Below, piece by piece: positions 1-8,621 of a stretch of 64,000 nucleotides of DNA. Positions within the stretch are counted from its first letter, which is position 1. The number at the start of each line of letters is the position of its first letter. Position numbers and translations under genes: made by a program. The stretch spans positions 2,169-66,168 of the forward strand of contig CALAMQ010000014.1 of the NCBI GenBank assembly GCA_937925815.1, written 5' to 3'. The notes beneath the pieces were generated by a model that ran no database searches, was not told the DNA's origin, and was given only the letters and a program-made list of their open reading frames with translations. This DNA comes from an uncultured Granulosicoccaceae bacterium. GTDB lineage: Bacteria > Pseudomonadota > Gammaproteobacteria > CALCKW01.

Positions 1-394
1 GTGGCTTCATTGCATCAGGTACTTCTTTGACCAAATCAATGTGTAGCAAGCCATTGGACAGCTGTGCCCCGGTCACTTCGATGTGATCGGCAAGATTGAA
101 TTTCCGCTCGAAGCTTCGGCTTGCAATTCCCCGGTGGAGGTAATGCCGCTCTACATCATCTTTCTCTTTGCGCGCTCGCACTGACAACACACCGCGCTCA
201 ACCTCGAGCTCTATGTCCGATTCCGAAAAACCCGCAACAGCGATTGAAATGCTGTAACGGTTTTCGCCGGTGGATTCGATGTTGTACGGCGGGTAGGTTG
301 CAGGCTCTGCACCAAGCGCCGAGTTGAGCAAGGTGGCCATGCGATCAAAGCCAACGGTGGTGCGGTACAAAGGTGAAAAGTCAATTGTGTTCAT
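1..394 (-). CDS. ibpA: Small heat-shock protein IbpA (Hsp20 family); the 3' end runs off the window start
   Basis: Reverse-strand translation from the ATG at 392-394 gives MNTIDFSPLYRTTVGFDRMATLLNSAL...PPYNIESTGENRYSISIAVAGFSESDIELEVERGVLSVRARKE...ERKFNLADHIEVTGAQLSNGLLHIDLVKEVPDAMKP. This aligns along its full length with E. coli IbpA. It is absent from the ORF track because there is no stop codon inside the window. Confidence 0.85.
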   Translation of the reverse strand, partial: MNTIDFSPLYRTTVGFDRMATLLNSALGAEPATYPPYNIESTGENRYSISIAVAGFSESDIELEVERGVLSVRARKEKDDVERHYLHRGIASRSFERKFNLADHIEVTGAQLSNGLLHIDLVKEVPDAMKP

Positions 395-467
395 GTCGTG
401 TATCCTCGTAAATTTAAGCGATAGCGCAGGCAGCGCTCTGCACAGAGACACGCCGCCTGCAATAAAC

Positions 468-497
468 AAATTGGGGATCAGTACCCTTTTTTTCAAG
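468..497 (-). promoter_or_regulatory. Sigma-32 (RpoH) heat-shock promoter for ibpA
   Basis: On the minus strand the sequence reads CTTGAAA, then 14 nt, then CCCCAATTT. This matches the sigma-32 consensus CTTGAA-N13-15-CCCCATNT, and it sits about 75 nt upstream of the ibpA ATG. Confidence 0.5.
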
Positions 498-519
498 CAT
501 TGACCAAGGTGAACGGTGT

Positions 520-1920
520 ATGGACATCACGTTTTATGGTGCAACTGAATCAGTCACGGGCTCGTGTCACATCGTGCGGTGCAACGGCCACACTGTTCTG
601 CTTGATTGCGGACTGATTCAAGGCTCACGCAAAGCAGACAAGCTCAATCGGGAAGATTTTCCGTTTTCCGCGAAAGACATCGATGCCGTGGTGTTGTCAC
701 ACGGACACATTGATCACTCTGGCCGCCTGCCTCTTTTATGCAAACGCGGTTACCGCGGCGAGATCCACACACAAAATGCAAGTGCGGATTTAATTGATAT
801 CTTGCTAAAGGATTCTGCGCGAATTCAGGAATATGACAGCGACTGGTACAACAGAAAGCGGCGAAAAGACGGTGAGCCACTGCGCGAACCTCTGTACCGT
901 AGCCAAGACGCAGAGAGGGTTCTCAAGCAAGTTCGTGGTCACCGCTACGGTGAGTCATTCAACTTGCTGCCCGGCATTGATATCCGTTTTCTGGATGCGG
1001 GCCATATTCTCGGTTCCGCTATTGTCGAACTGCAGCTGCAAGAGGGTGAACACAAACGCGTTGTGGTGTTCAGCGGCGATATCGGTCAATACGACACCCC
1101 AATCATCAACGACCCATCATCCGTTGCGCAGGCCGACATGATTATCATGGAGAGCACCTACGGCAACCGCCATCACCGCGACCGGCAAAGCACCATCGAT
1201 GAGCTTGGAGAGATCATTGAAAAGGCACACTCAGACGGTGGCAACATCCTGATACCAGCCTTCGCTATTGGCCGAAGCCAAGAACTGCTGTACCACATGG
1301 GCATGCAATACGAGGCGTGGCAACTGGACAACTGGCAAGTTTTTCTAGACTCCCCAATGGCCATTGAGGCGAGTCGTGTCTACTGGGACTACCCCCAGCT
1401 GTACGACAATGAAACCACGCGTTTGCGCAAGGGCATTCTCGACATGCCACGCCTAAGCAATTTAAATTTCAGTCGCTCAGTCGAAGACAGCAAGGCCATC
1501 GCAAATTACAAGCACGGAGCAATTGTGATTGCCGGTTCCGGTATGTGTACCGGTGGACGAATTATGCACCACCTGCGTAACCACATCCCCAATCCTCGCA
1601 CCCACGTCATCATTTGCGGCTACCAATCACCGGGCACACTCGGTGGCCGATTGGTCAACGGCGAAGAGGAGGTCAAGATTCACGGCAAGTGGGTTGAGAA
1701 CCGCGCTCAGACACACACCGTCGGTGGCCTGTCCGCCCACGGCGATCAAGCCGATTTGATGCGATGGCTCAACGGCTTCAACGGCAAGCCGCCGATCTAC
1801 TTAGTGCACGGGAACACTGGCGCCAAAACGGGGCTTCGTGACCATTTGCGCCACGAACACGACTGGCCAGCGAGCATTGCACAAGATGCCCAAGTGGTGG
1901 ATTTGATATCAGGACTCTGA
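520..1920 (+). CDS. MBL-fold metallo-hydrolase, beta-CASP/RNase J-like RNA-processing nuclease family
   Basis: 466-aa ORF. It has the HxHxDH motif (SHGHIDHSG) and further His/Asp motifs downstream, including GHILGS and a C-terminal HGD. Confidence 0.85.
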   Translation: MDITFYGATESVTGSCHIVRCNGHTVLLDCGLIQGSRKADKLNREDFPFSAKDIDAVVLSHGHIDHSGRLPLLCKRGYRGEIHTQNASADLIDILLKDSARIQEYDSDWYNRKRRKDGEPLREPLYRSQDAERVLKQVRGHRYGESFNLLPGIDIRFLDAGHILGSAIVELQLQEGEHKRVVVFSGDIGQYDTPIINDPSSVAQADMIIMESTYGNRHHRDRQSTIDELGEIIEKAHSDGGNILIPAFAIGRSQELLYHMGMQYEAWQLDNWQVFLDSPMAIEASRVYWDYPQLYDNETTRLRKGILDMPRLSNLNFSRSVEDSKAIANYKHGAIVIAGSGMCTGGRIMHHLRNHIPNPRTHVIICGYQSPGTLGGRLVNGEEEVKIHGKWVENRAQTHTVGGLSAHGDQADLMRWLNGFNGKPPIYLVHGNTGAKTGLRDHLRHEHDWPASIAQDAQVVDLISGL

Positions 1921-1936
1921 CAATACTCAGAGTCCT
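1911..1936. terminator. Hairpin between convergent genes; 10-bp perfect inverted repeat with a 6-nt loop
   Basis: AGGACTCTGA-caatac-TCAGAGTCCT overlaps the TGA stop of the MBL-fold gene. There is no clear U-tract, so terminator function is uncertain. Confidence 0.3.
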
Positions 1937-1964
1937 GTCACCACCCATTGGGCAAGTTCAGAGT

Positions 1965-2894
1965 TTAGTTTCCGCTACCACTTAGATTTCGGCGGGATTT
2001 ATGAGCGGCAGCATTTGCCGCCAACACGTTGGTATCAAGCTGCACCATATTTGGCAGCTCATCGAGGTTACTCACTTTGTTTCGCTCCGCGTCGAGCATG
2101 GACTCGAGCTCCATGATGCGCAGAAGCAGATCTTTGCCCGCTTTTGTTCGCTCTTCTGAGAGCTGGCTCTCTAGCAACGCGATACGCTCACGCAAGGCAG
2201 TGTCGGTATTGCGGTATTCCTCGAGCGTTGCCTCGTAACTTGCAATCTCGGCTTGCGCCAGAGCCAAGGCCTCACGTTCTCTTGCAACATCAGCATTTGC
2301 CGCGTCGAGCAACCCCAAAGTTGTATTGAGTTCTGCACGCGTGGCGTCTCGCTCACCCTTTGCCACAGCGAGCTGATTCTCAACTGTTGTCACGGCGCTG
2401 TGCGCCGCTGTGATCTCTTTTTCGAGTTGCTTTTTCGCCGCGTTGGCAAGCTTCAGGTCAGATTCAAGTGCGGCAGCATTGCCTTTGCCGTCCTCAATCT
2501 GTTTCTCAAGCGACGCGATCCGTTTCTCAGATTTCTGTGCAGCACGTTTGTGCTCTGACAACGCGGCGGTTTCGGACTGAAGCGCAAGCTCCAGTTCCGC
2601 TATGCGTTTTTCACACGCAGTGGTGTGCTCGCTCAAGGTTGTCAACAGAACGGTGACGTCACGTTCGTGTTTAATTCGGGTGGGTGTCACAAGCATTTTA
2701 TTCATCAGGGCTTCCGCAACTGGCTCGGTTGTCAGGCCACTCAAACCGAACTCAAGTGACTTGATCAGGAATGGTGCTCGACCGTGCCGGGAGCTGAAGT
2801 CCACCCCGGCAGATCTGACACATTGCCGTGCAATCTCGGGACCACAGACGGAAAAAGCCTGTGAATACGCCTTTTTTGCTACTTCCCGATACAA
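1965..2894 (-). CDS. Hypothetical coiled-coil protein, A/E/L/K-rich heptad-like
   Basis: 309-aa ORF with no competing ORF on the other strand. It lies directly downstream of mnmE on the same strand and overlaps its 3' end by 16 nt. An alternative start at MNKM near 2707 is possible. Confidence 0.55.
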   Translation of the reverse strand: MYREVAKKAYSQAFSVCGPEIARQCVRSAGVDFSSRHGRAPFLIKSLEFGLSGLTTEPVAEALMNKMLVTPTRIKHERDVTVLLTTLSEHTTACEKRIAELELALQSETAALSEHKRAAQKSEKRIASLEKQIEDGKGNAAALESDLKLANAAKKQLEKEITAAHSAVTTVENQLAVAKGERDATRAELNTTLGLLDAANADVAREREALALAQAEIASYEATLEEYRNTDTALRERIALLESQLSEERTKAGKDLLLRIMELESMLDAERNKVSNLDELPNMVQLDTNVLAANAAAHKSRRNLSGSGN

Positions 2895-4228
2895 AATGCG
2901 GAAAAAATCTCGCCGAGCAGATCGTCTGCGGTGTATCGCCCAGTGATCGATTCAAGCGCGGCATGTGCACCGCGCAAGTCTTCGGCAACAAGCTCACCAC
3001 CACTACTGGCCAACAGGTTGCGTTGGGCACACTGCAAACCGTCACATGCTCGCTCTAACGCCGCGACGTGGCGCCGTCTCGCGCTGAGTGTTCCGAGCCC
3101 ATCAGCGACATCAGTGTCATTGGCAAGGGCCGCGCTGATGGATGCCCGCAGCGCGTCGAGCCCATCACCCGTGCGCGCGGAGACCTGTACCGAATTCTCT
3201 GGCCATTGCGCGGCTAGGCGCGGGGCTAGGTCCGCCTTGTTCGCAACCCAAATCACCTGAGACGTCACACATGTCGCCGCGAGGGCGAGATCGTCCGCGG
3301 TGATACCCACAGCCGAATCAAAAACCAGCAGCACAAGATCAGCTTGGGCAAGCTGTTCTCGCGCGCGACGGACCCCTTCGCGCTCGACAGCGTCTTCGGC
3401 GTCACGCACGCCGGCGGTGTCGATGACCTCGGTTGCGATGCCATCTAGATCCAACGCAACGCGAATGACATCCCGCGTGGTGCCTGGCACATCTGTGACA
3501 ATCGCGATGTCTTGCGCGGCCAGCGCGTTGAGCAGGCTCGACTTGCCAACATTGGGCTGGCCTGCAATCACCACCACTGCACCCTCTTGCAAGCGCACGC
3601 CGGCAGTTGCGGTACGCAGCAGATTTTCAGCCTGATCCAGCACCGCCTGCATGTGCTCGCGCACAGGTGACTCAGACAGAAAATCAATGTCCTCATCAGG
3701 GAAGTCGAGCGCGGATTCAACGTGAACGCGCAAGGTCGTTAACGCCGTGCCAAGCGCACCCACTGCGGATGAAAATTCACCCTGAAGTGAACGCACGGCG
3801 GCTCGCGCGGCGGCAGCGGTGCTGGCGTTGATGACATCGGCAACCGCCTCCGCCTGCGCGAGATCGAGCCGGTCATTGAGAAACGCGCGTTCCGTGAATT
3901 CCCCCGGCCGCGCTGGGCGTGCGCCGAGGGCACAGCAGCGCTGCACAAGCAGGTCGAGCAGCACCGGGTTGCCATGGCCCTGCATCTCCACGACGTCTTC
4001 ACCCGTGTAGGAGGCTGGCGCTGGAAACCACAGTACGACGCCATCGTCTATATCGGACCCAACCCCATCGCGAAATGCGCGATGGTGAACCCGGCGCGGT
4101 GACAAGGCGCCACCGCAAATTGACTCTGCAATCGCGCGAGACCGCGCGCCACTGAGTCTCACTACACCGATTCCGCCTCGACCTGCCGGTGTTGATACGG
4201 CGACGATGGTGTCCGGTGTGGCGGTCAC
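2879..4228 (-). CDS. mnmE: tRNA modification GTPase MnmE (TrmE)
   Basis: 449 aa with G1 motif GQPNVGKSSLLNAL and the diagnostic C-terminal CIGK. Confidence 0.95.
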   Translation of the reverse strand: MTATPDTIVAVSTPAGRGGIGVVRLSGARSRAIAESICGGALSPRRVHHRAFRDGVGSDIDDGVVLWFPAPASYTGEDVVEMQGHGNPVLLDLLVQRCCALGARPARPGEFTERAFLNDRLDLAQAEAVADVINASTAAAARAAVRSLQGEFSSAVGALGTALTTLRVHVESALDFPDEDIDFLSESPVREHMQAVLDQAENLLRTATAGVRLQEGAVVVIAGQPNVGKSSLLNALAAQDIAIVTDVPGTTRDVIRVALDLDGIATEVIDTAGVRDAEDAVEREGVRRAREQLAQADLVLLVFDSAVGITADDLALAATCVTSQVIWVANKADLAPRLAAQWPENSVQVSARTGDGLDALRASISAALANDTDVADGLGTLSARRRHVAALERACDGLQCAQRNLLASSGGELVAEDLRGAHAALESITGRYTADDLLGEIFSAFCIGK

Positions 4229-4229
4229 A

Positions 4230-5897
4230 TCAAGCGGTCTTGGACTGAGATTCCCCGATCACAACGCGTGTGATGTACCACTGTTGGGCGATCGACAGCA
4301 CATTGTTCACGATCCAGTAAAGTACCAGGCCGGCTGGGAAAAACATGAAGAAGAACATGAACATCCACGGCATGATCATGAACACTTTCTGCTGGATCGG
4401 GTCAACTGGCGCGGGGTTCAAGCGCTGTTGCACGAACATGGAAATGCCCATTAACACCGGCAACACAAAGTACGGGTCTTTGCTCGCCAAGTCGTCGATC
4501 CACAACAACCAAGGCGCCTGCCGCAGTTCGACCGACTCAATCAACATCCAGTAGAGCGCAATGAACACTGGAATTTGAATGAGCATTGGGAAGCAACTGC
4601 CAAGCGGGTTGACCTTTTCTTTCTTGTAGAGCTCCATGGTCGCCTGACCCATTTTCTCGCGGTTATCGCCGTGGCGTTCCTTGAGTTCGGCCATTTTGGG
4701 CTGCAGCGCTTTCATACGCGCCATCGACTTGTAACCCATTTCCGAGAGCTTGTAGAAAAAAGCCTTGATCAAGAAGGTCAGGAAAACGATCGACCAACCC
4801 CAGTTGCCAACCCATCCGTGTATTTTGTTGAGCAACCAGAAAAGCGGTTGCGCGAGCACTGTCAGGTAACCGAAATCCACCGTCAACCGCAGGTTCTCTG
4901 CATAGGACTCGAGTCGATCTTGGATTTTCGGTCCGGCGTACACGGTGGACGTGAATTGCGCTGACTCGCTGGGCTGAACCGTGACCGCGCGCGAGGCCGC
5001 ACCCAAGATGTAGCGGCCCGTCGCCTGCACGTAGTTGCTGTAATACGTGGTGTTCTCACCCTGCTCTGGTACCAACGCGGTGCCGAAGTAGTGCTGGATC
5101 ATAGCGATCCAGCCACTGCTCGACTCGACGCGCAAGTTCTCCGAGGCGATGTCTTCGAGATCGATTTTTTGATAGACCTCTTCACTGGTGCTCAGCACAC
5201 CACCGGTGAACGAGCGGACAAAGCCATCGCTGCCGTCATCACCAACCTCTGAGCGCAGCAACTGACCGTAGTGCCACCCCTGCCACGGCGCACCGCTGTT
5301 GTTGACCACGTCATAAATCACGTCAAAGCCGTATTTATCGCGCTTGAAAACCCACGTCTTGGTGACCTCAACGCCACCCTCAGACCACCTAAAGGGCACC
5401 CGCAATTCGTCTTGGCCGTCGGCCAGTTCGTAAGCTTGCTCGGCAAACTGGTACACATCACGGTGTGTCGGCGCACTGCCCTGACCCTCGCGGGTCTGCA
5501 AGCCGCTCTGCACGAGCACGACCCTGGATGGGCTCGACTCAAGCGCTTTGACAAGTAACTCGGGGTTTTCCAGCGTCTCGGGGTACTGGCGCAACGCCGC
5601 CAAGACCGGGTTCGCACCGCGGGTGTCGATCTCGATGTCGAGCACATCGGTCCGTATGCTGACACGCTCGCCCTCTGCTGCAACCACGCCGCTGTCAAAG
5701 GTCACGTTGGCTTGGCCCGTGGGTTCAACGCTGGGCAGCGTCGCATCCCCTGCGTCCGCCGCCAACGACTGACTTTGCCCGGCGCTGGTCTGGGTTTCAA
5801 CGGGTGGTACGTAGTTGTAGTCGAGCTGCCAAGTTTGCCAAATAAGCATGAGCAGCAAGCCGAGACCGGCGTAGAGGAACAGGCGTTGGTTGTCCAT
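4230..5897 (-). CDS. yidC: Membrane protein insertase YidC
   Basis: 555 aa. N-terminal TM segment, large periplasmic domain, then the conserved C-terminal 5-TM core (…FPMLIQIPVFIALYW…). Canonical position next to mnmE and rnpA. Confidence 0.95.
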   Translation of the reverse strand: MDNQRLFLYAGLGLLLMLIWQTWQLDYNYVPPVETQTSAGQSQSLAADAGDATLPSVEPTGQANVTFDSGVVAAEGERVSIRTDVLDIEIDTRGANPVLAALRQYPETLENPELLVKALESSPSRVVLVQSGLQTREGQGSAPTHRDVYQFAEQAYELADGQDELRVPFRWSEGGVEVTKTWVFKRDKYGFDVIYDVVNNSGAPWQGWHYGQLLRSEVGDDGSDGFVRSFTGGVLSTSEEVYQKIDLEDIASENLRVESSSGWIAMIQHYFGTALVPEQGENTTYYSNYVQATGRYILGAASRAVTVQPSESAQFTSTVYAGPKIQDRLESYAENLRLTVDFGYLTVLAQPLFWLLNKIHGWVGNWGWSIVFLTFLIKAFFYKLSEMGYKSMARMKALQPKMAELKERHGDNREKMGQATMELYKKEKVNPLGSCFPMLIQIPVFIALYWMLIESVELRQAPWLLWIDDLASKDPYFVLPVLMGISMFVQQRLNPAPVDPIQQKVFMIMPWMFMFFFMFFPAGLVLYWIVNNVLSIAQQWYITRVVIGESQSKTA

Positions 5898-5902
5898 ACA
5901 GA

Positions 5903-6172
5903 TTATTGAGACTGCGATGAGTTAGCGGGGGGCCCTTGTCGCGACGGGACCGGGTCGTGTCCACCCAGACTCCACGGATTGCAACGCACTATGCGCCGCA
6001 CCGCGAGCCAAGTGCCTCGCAGCGCACCGTGTTGTTTGATGGCTTCGATTGCGTAGGCTGAACAGCTCGGATGATACCGACAACTGGCTGGAAAGTAAGG
6101 ACTGATGCAGAGTTGATAGAACCGGATCAAACCCACTAGTGCTTGTCGCATCGCTGTCGCACCCGTTTCCAT
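5903..6172 (-). CDS. yidD: Membrane protein insertion efficiency factor YidD
   Basis: Contains [32 protein letters not shown]. It overlaps the rnpA 3' end, as is usual. An internal start at MRQA (6151) is possible. Confidence 0.85.
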   Translation of the reverse strand: METGATAMRQALVGLIRFYQLCISPYFPASCRYHPSCSAYAIEAIKQHGALRGTWLAVRRIVRCNPWSLGGHDPVPSRQGPPANSSQSQ

Positions 6173-6522
6173 TGACGCGCCAGATCCGCGCGCAACTCAT
6201 CAAGCGAGGCGCTGCGGACACCAGGGTTAGCCATCACGACAACATCCAAGTCGCCCACCACTGATGCTTCTTGCTGTCTAAAACTCTCGCGGATCACGCG
6301 TTTGGCGCGGTTGCGATCCACAGCACGTTTCAAAGAACGCTTCGCGATGGCGAGTCCTAGACGGCCTTTGGGGTGATCGCCAGTCACAGCAATCAACCGA
6401 AAAAACTGGCCGCCGGCGCGAGCGCCCTGCTTGAGGACGTGTTGGAATTCGCGTGGCGTCAGCAGGCGCCTGTCGCGACCAAACACAGAGCCTTCAACGC
6501 CAGATTGCGCATCGGGCGCCAC
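6136..6522 (-). CDS. rnpA: Ribonuclease P protein component
   Basis: Motifs [11 protein letters not shown] and [24 protein letters not shown]. Canonical rpmH-rnpA order. Confidence 0.9.
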   Translation of the reverse strand: MAPDAQSGVEGSVFGRDRRLLTPREFQHVLKQGARAGGQFFRLIAVTGDHPKGRLGLAIAKRSLKRAVDRNRAKRVIRESFRQQEASVVGDLDVVVMANPGVRSASLDELRADLARQWKRVRQRCDKH

Positions 6523-6533
6523 AGGGCGTTGGC

Positions 6534-6671
6534 TCAGGATGGCGCGAGACGTTTACGTCCCTTTGCACGACGGGCGCGAATGACTGCGCGGCCACCACGT
6601 GTTGCCATGCGGGCACGAAAACCGTGGGTGCGCTTGCGGCGCAGGGTGTTGGGCTGAAAAGTACGTTTCAT
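6534..6671 (-). CDS. rpmH: 50S ribosomal protein L34
   Basis: [45 protein letters not shown], 45 aa. The 69-aa track ORF is trimmed to the ATG at 6669-6671. Confidence 0.9.
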   Translation of the reverse strand: MKRTFQPNTLRRKRTHGFRARMATRGGRAVIRARRAKGRKRLAPS

Positions 6672-6774
6672 GGCCTGATCCTCTGTTCGGGCTCTGCCAA
6701 AAGCAAAGCCGCTAAGCATAAAACGGATAGCACATCCAGTCAAAGTCTTTTCTCGCCATCAACAGGAAATAGCC

Positions 6775-6783
6775 TGTGGATAA
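6775..6783. promoter_or_regulatory. Perfect DnaA box (TGTGGATAA, which is TTATCCACA on the other strand) in the dnaA promoter region
   Basis: Exact 9-mer consensus about 200 bp upstream of dnaA. This is the typical site for DnaA autoregulation. Confidence 0.6.
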
Positions 6784-6988
6784 CTTATGCAGACCGCGCT
6801 AGACTAGCGCGACCGACGACCCGACAGAGCGTATCCCCCATTGAGAGGCGGCTCTCCCGTCTAAGGCATGCGTGTCAGTGAAGCACTGATGCAAGGCGGT
6901 AACGTCACCCCCCTGTTTTAGCTTTTCGTCTGCTTTTTATCGATTGGCTACCAATTTGTTGCGGCTCGCCGCCGCACCGGAGACCCAT

Positions 6989-8389
6989 TTGCCCAACTCG
7001 CTGTGGAGCACTTGTCTGGCTCAGCTCGAATCCGAGCTGACCCCGCGCCAACTCGACACCTGGATTAAACCGCTACAAGTGGAATCCACCGACAGTGCCC
7101 TAACCCTACTGGCCCCCAACCGGTTCGTACTCGATTGGGTCAAGCAGAACTACGTTGCCCGTATTGAGACCATCGCTCGATCAGTCGTCGGTGCCGCGGC
7201 CAAAGTCGATTTGATCGTCGGCCATCATGCACCGACGCCAAAACAACCGGCAATAGCGGGACAAGCCCCAACAGAACACAAAGTTGAACAACCTGTACGG
7301 CCGGTGATTTCGACACCGAATCAAGCAACAGCATTCAATGCCGCTGCGCAAGCGCGCGACAGGTCCTTTTGCTCGGAGCTCAATCCCAATTACACCTTTG
7401 AAAGCTTCGTTGAAGGCAAATCTAACCATTTCGGCCGTGCCGCCGCGATGCAGATTGCTGAGAACCCGGGGTGTGGCTACAACCCGCTTTTTATATACGG
7501 CGGCGTGGGCCTGGGTAAAACCCATTTGATGCAAGCTGTCGGGCACTCTCTTTTAGAATACAAGCCCGACGCCCGCATCGCCTATGTGCATTCAGAACGC
7601 TATGTGCGCGAGATGATCAAGTCTCTGCAGCGCAACACCATTGATGATTTCAAGCAGTTCTACCGCTCACTCGATGCCCTCTTGATCGACGATATCCAGT
7701 TCTTCGCAGGCAAAGAACGCTCGCAAGAAGAGTTCTTCCACAACTTCAATTCAATGATGGAAAGTCGGCAGCAAATCATCATCACCTGCGACCGCTATCC
7801 AAAAGAAGTCGACGGCCTCGAAGAGCGACTGCGCTCACGATTTGGCTGGGGATTGACAGTCTCAATCGACCCGCCGGAACTCGAAACTCGCGTAGCCATC
7901 CTTCACAGCAAGGCCGAACAAGCCGGTGTCGAGCTGCCTTCCGATGTCGGTTTCTTCATCGCGAAACGCGTTCGTTCCAATGTCCGTGAGCTCGAGGGCG
8001 CATTGCGTCGAGTGATCGCAACATGCCAGTTCACCGGCCAGGCAATCACGGTTGAGTTCGCACGCGAAGCACTGCGAGACCTTATCTCGGTCCAGGACAA
8101 GCTCATCACACTGCCCAATATTCAGAAAACAGTCTCTGAATACTACAAGCTGCCGATGAAAGATATGCTGTCTAAACGCAGAACCCGATCAATCGCACGG
8201 CCGCGCCAACTGGCAATGGCTTTGAGCAAAGAGATGACTACCCACAGCTTGCCAGAGATCGGCGATGCCTTTGGCGGCCGCGACCACACCACGGTGATGC
8301 ACGCGTGCAAGACGATCAACCGCTTACGCGAGACGGATACCCGTCTCAACGATGACTACCTCACGCTACGGCGAGCCATTGAGAGTTAA
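6989..8389 (+). CDS. dnaA: Chromosomal replication initiator DnaA
   Basis: Full-length match to DnaA: N-terminus PNSLWSTCLAQLESEL, Walker A GGVGLGKTHL, and the C-terminal DNA-binding domain. The start is called at the in-frame TTG at 6989, which has GGAGA 6 nt upstream and matches the family N-terminus M-x-SLWQQCL. The track's TTG at 6944 is an alternative. Confidence 0.92.
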   Translation: MPNSLWSTCLAQLESELTPRQLDTWIKPLQVESTDSALTLLAPNRFVLDWVKQNYVARIETIARSVVGAAAKVDLIVGHHAPTPKQPAIAGQAPTEHKVEQPVRPVISTPNQATAFNAAAQARDRSFCSELNPNYTFESFVEGKSNHFGRAAAMQIAENPGCGYNPLFIYGGVGLGKTHLMQAVGHSLLEYKPDARIAYVHSERYVREMIKSLQRNTIDDFKQFYRSLDALLIDDIQFFAGKERSQEEFFHNFNSMMESRQQIIITCDRYPKEVDGLEERLRSRFGWGLTVSIDPPELETRVAILHSKAEQAGVELPSDVGFFIAKRVRSNVRELEGALRRVIATCQFTGQAITVEFAREALRDLISVQDKLITLPNIQKTVSEYYKLPMKDMLSKRRTRSIARPRQLAMALSKEMTTHSLPEIGDAFGGRDHTTVMHACKTINRLRETDTRLNDDYLTLRRAIES

Positions 8390-8400
8390 GTGATATGGCC

Positions 8401-8621
8401 TGTTATCAACTCTGTGGACAACCCCGACACTGGCCTCTGGACAACTTGTGTTCGGATTTAAGGCCTGTTTTATCAACAGGCTATCAAGAGCTTGACCGCC
8501 GTGACTGTCCACAACAACGCAGAGCGCAGGATATTGATTTTAAAGGGAATTATGTACTTCTCTACATATCCACCGTGCTTATTATTATTACTATTTTCTT
8601 AAATATATATAGGTATATTTA
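8401..8621. promoter_or_regulatory. DnaA-box cluster plus AT-rich tract in the dnaA-dnaN intergenic region (oriC-like or DnaA-trio region)
   Basis: DnaA-box-like 9-mers with 1-2 mismatches to TTATCCACA: TTATCAACT (8403-8411), TGTGGACAA (8413-8421), TCTGGACAA (8436-8444), TTATCAACA (8470-8478), CTGTCCACA (8505-8513), ATATCCACC (8566-8574). These are followed by an AT-rich run at 8575-8620 (tattattattactattttcttaaatatatataggtatattt). Confidence 0.4.

Noticed and set aside
121-327. 68-aa plus-strand ORF
   Set aside because: It lies antisense inside the well-supported ibpA coding region, and its product is low-complexity with no motifs.
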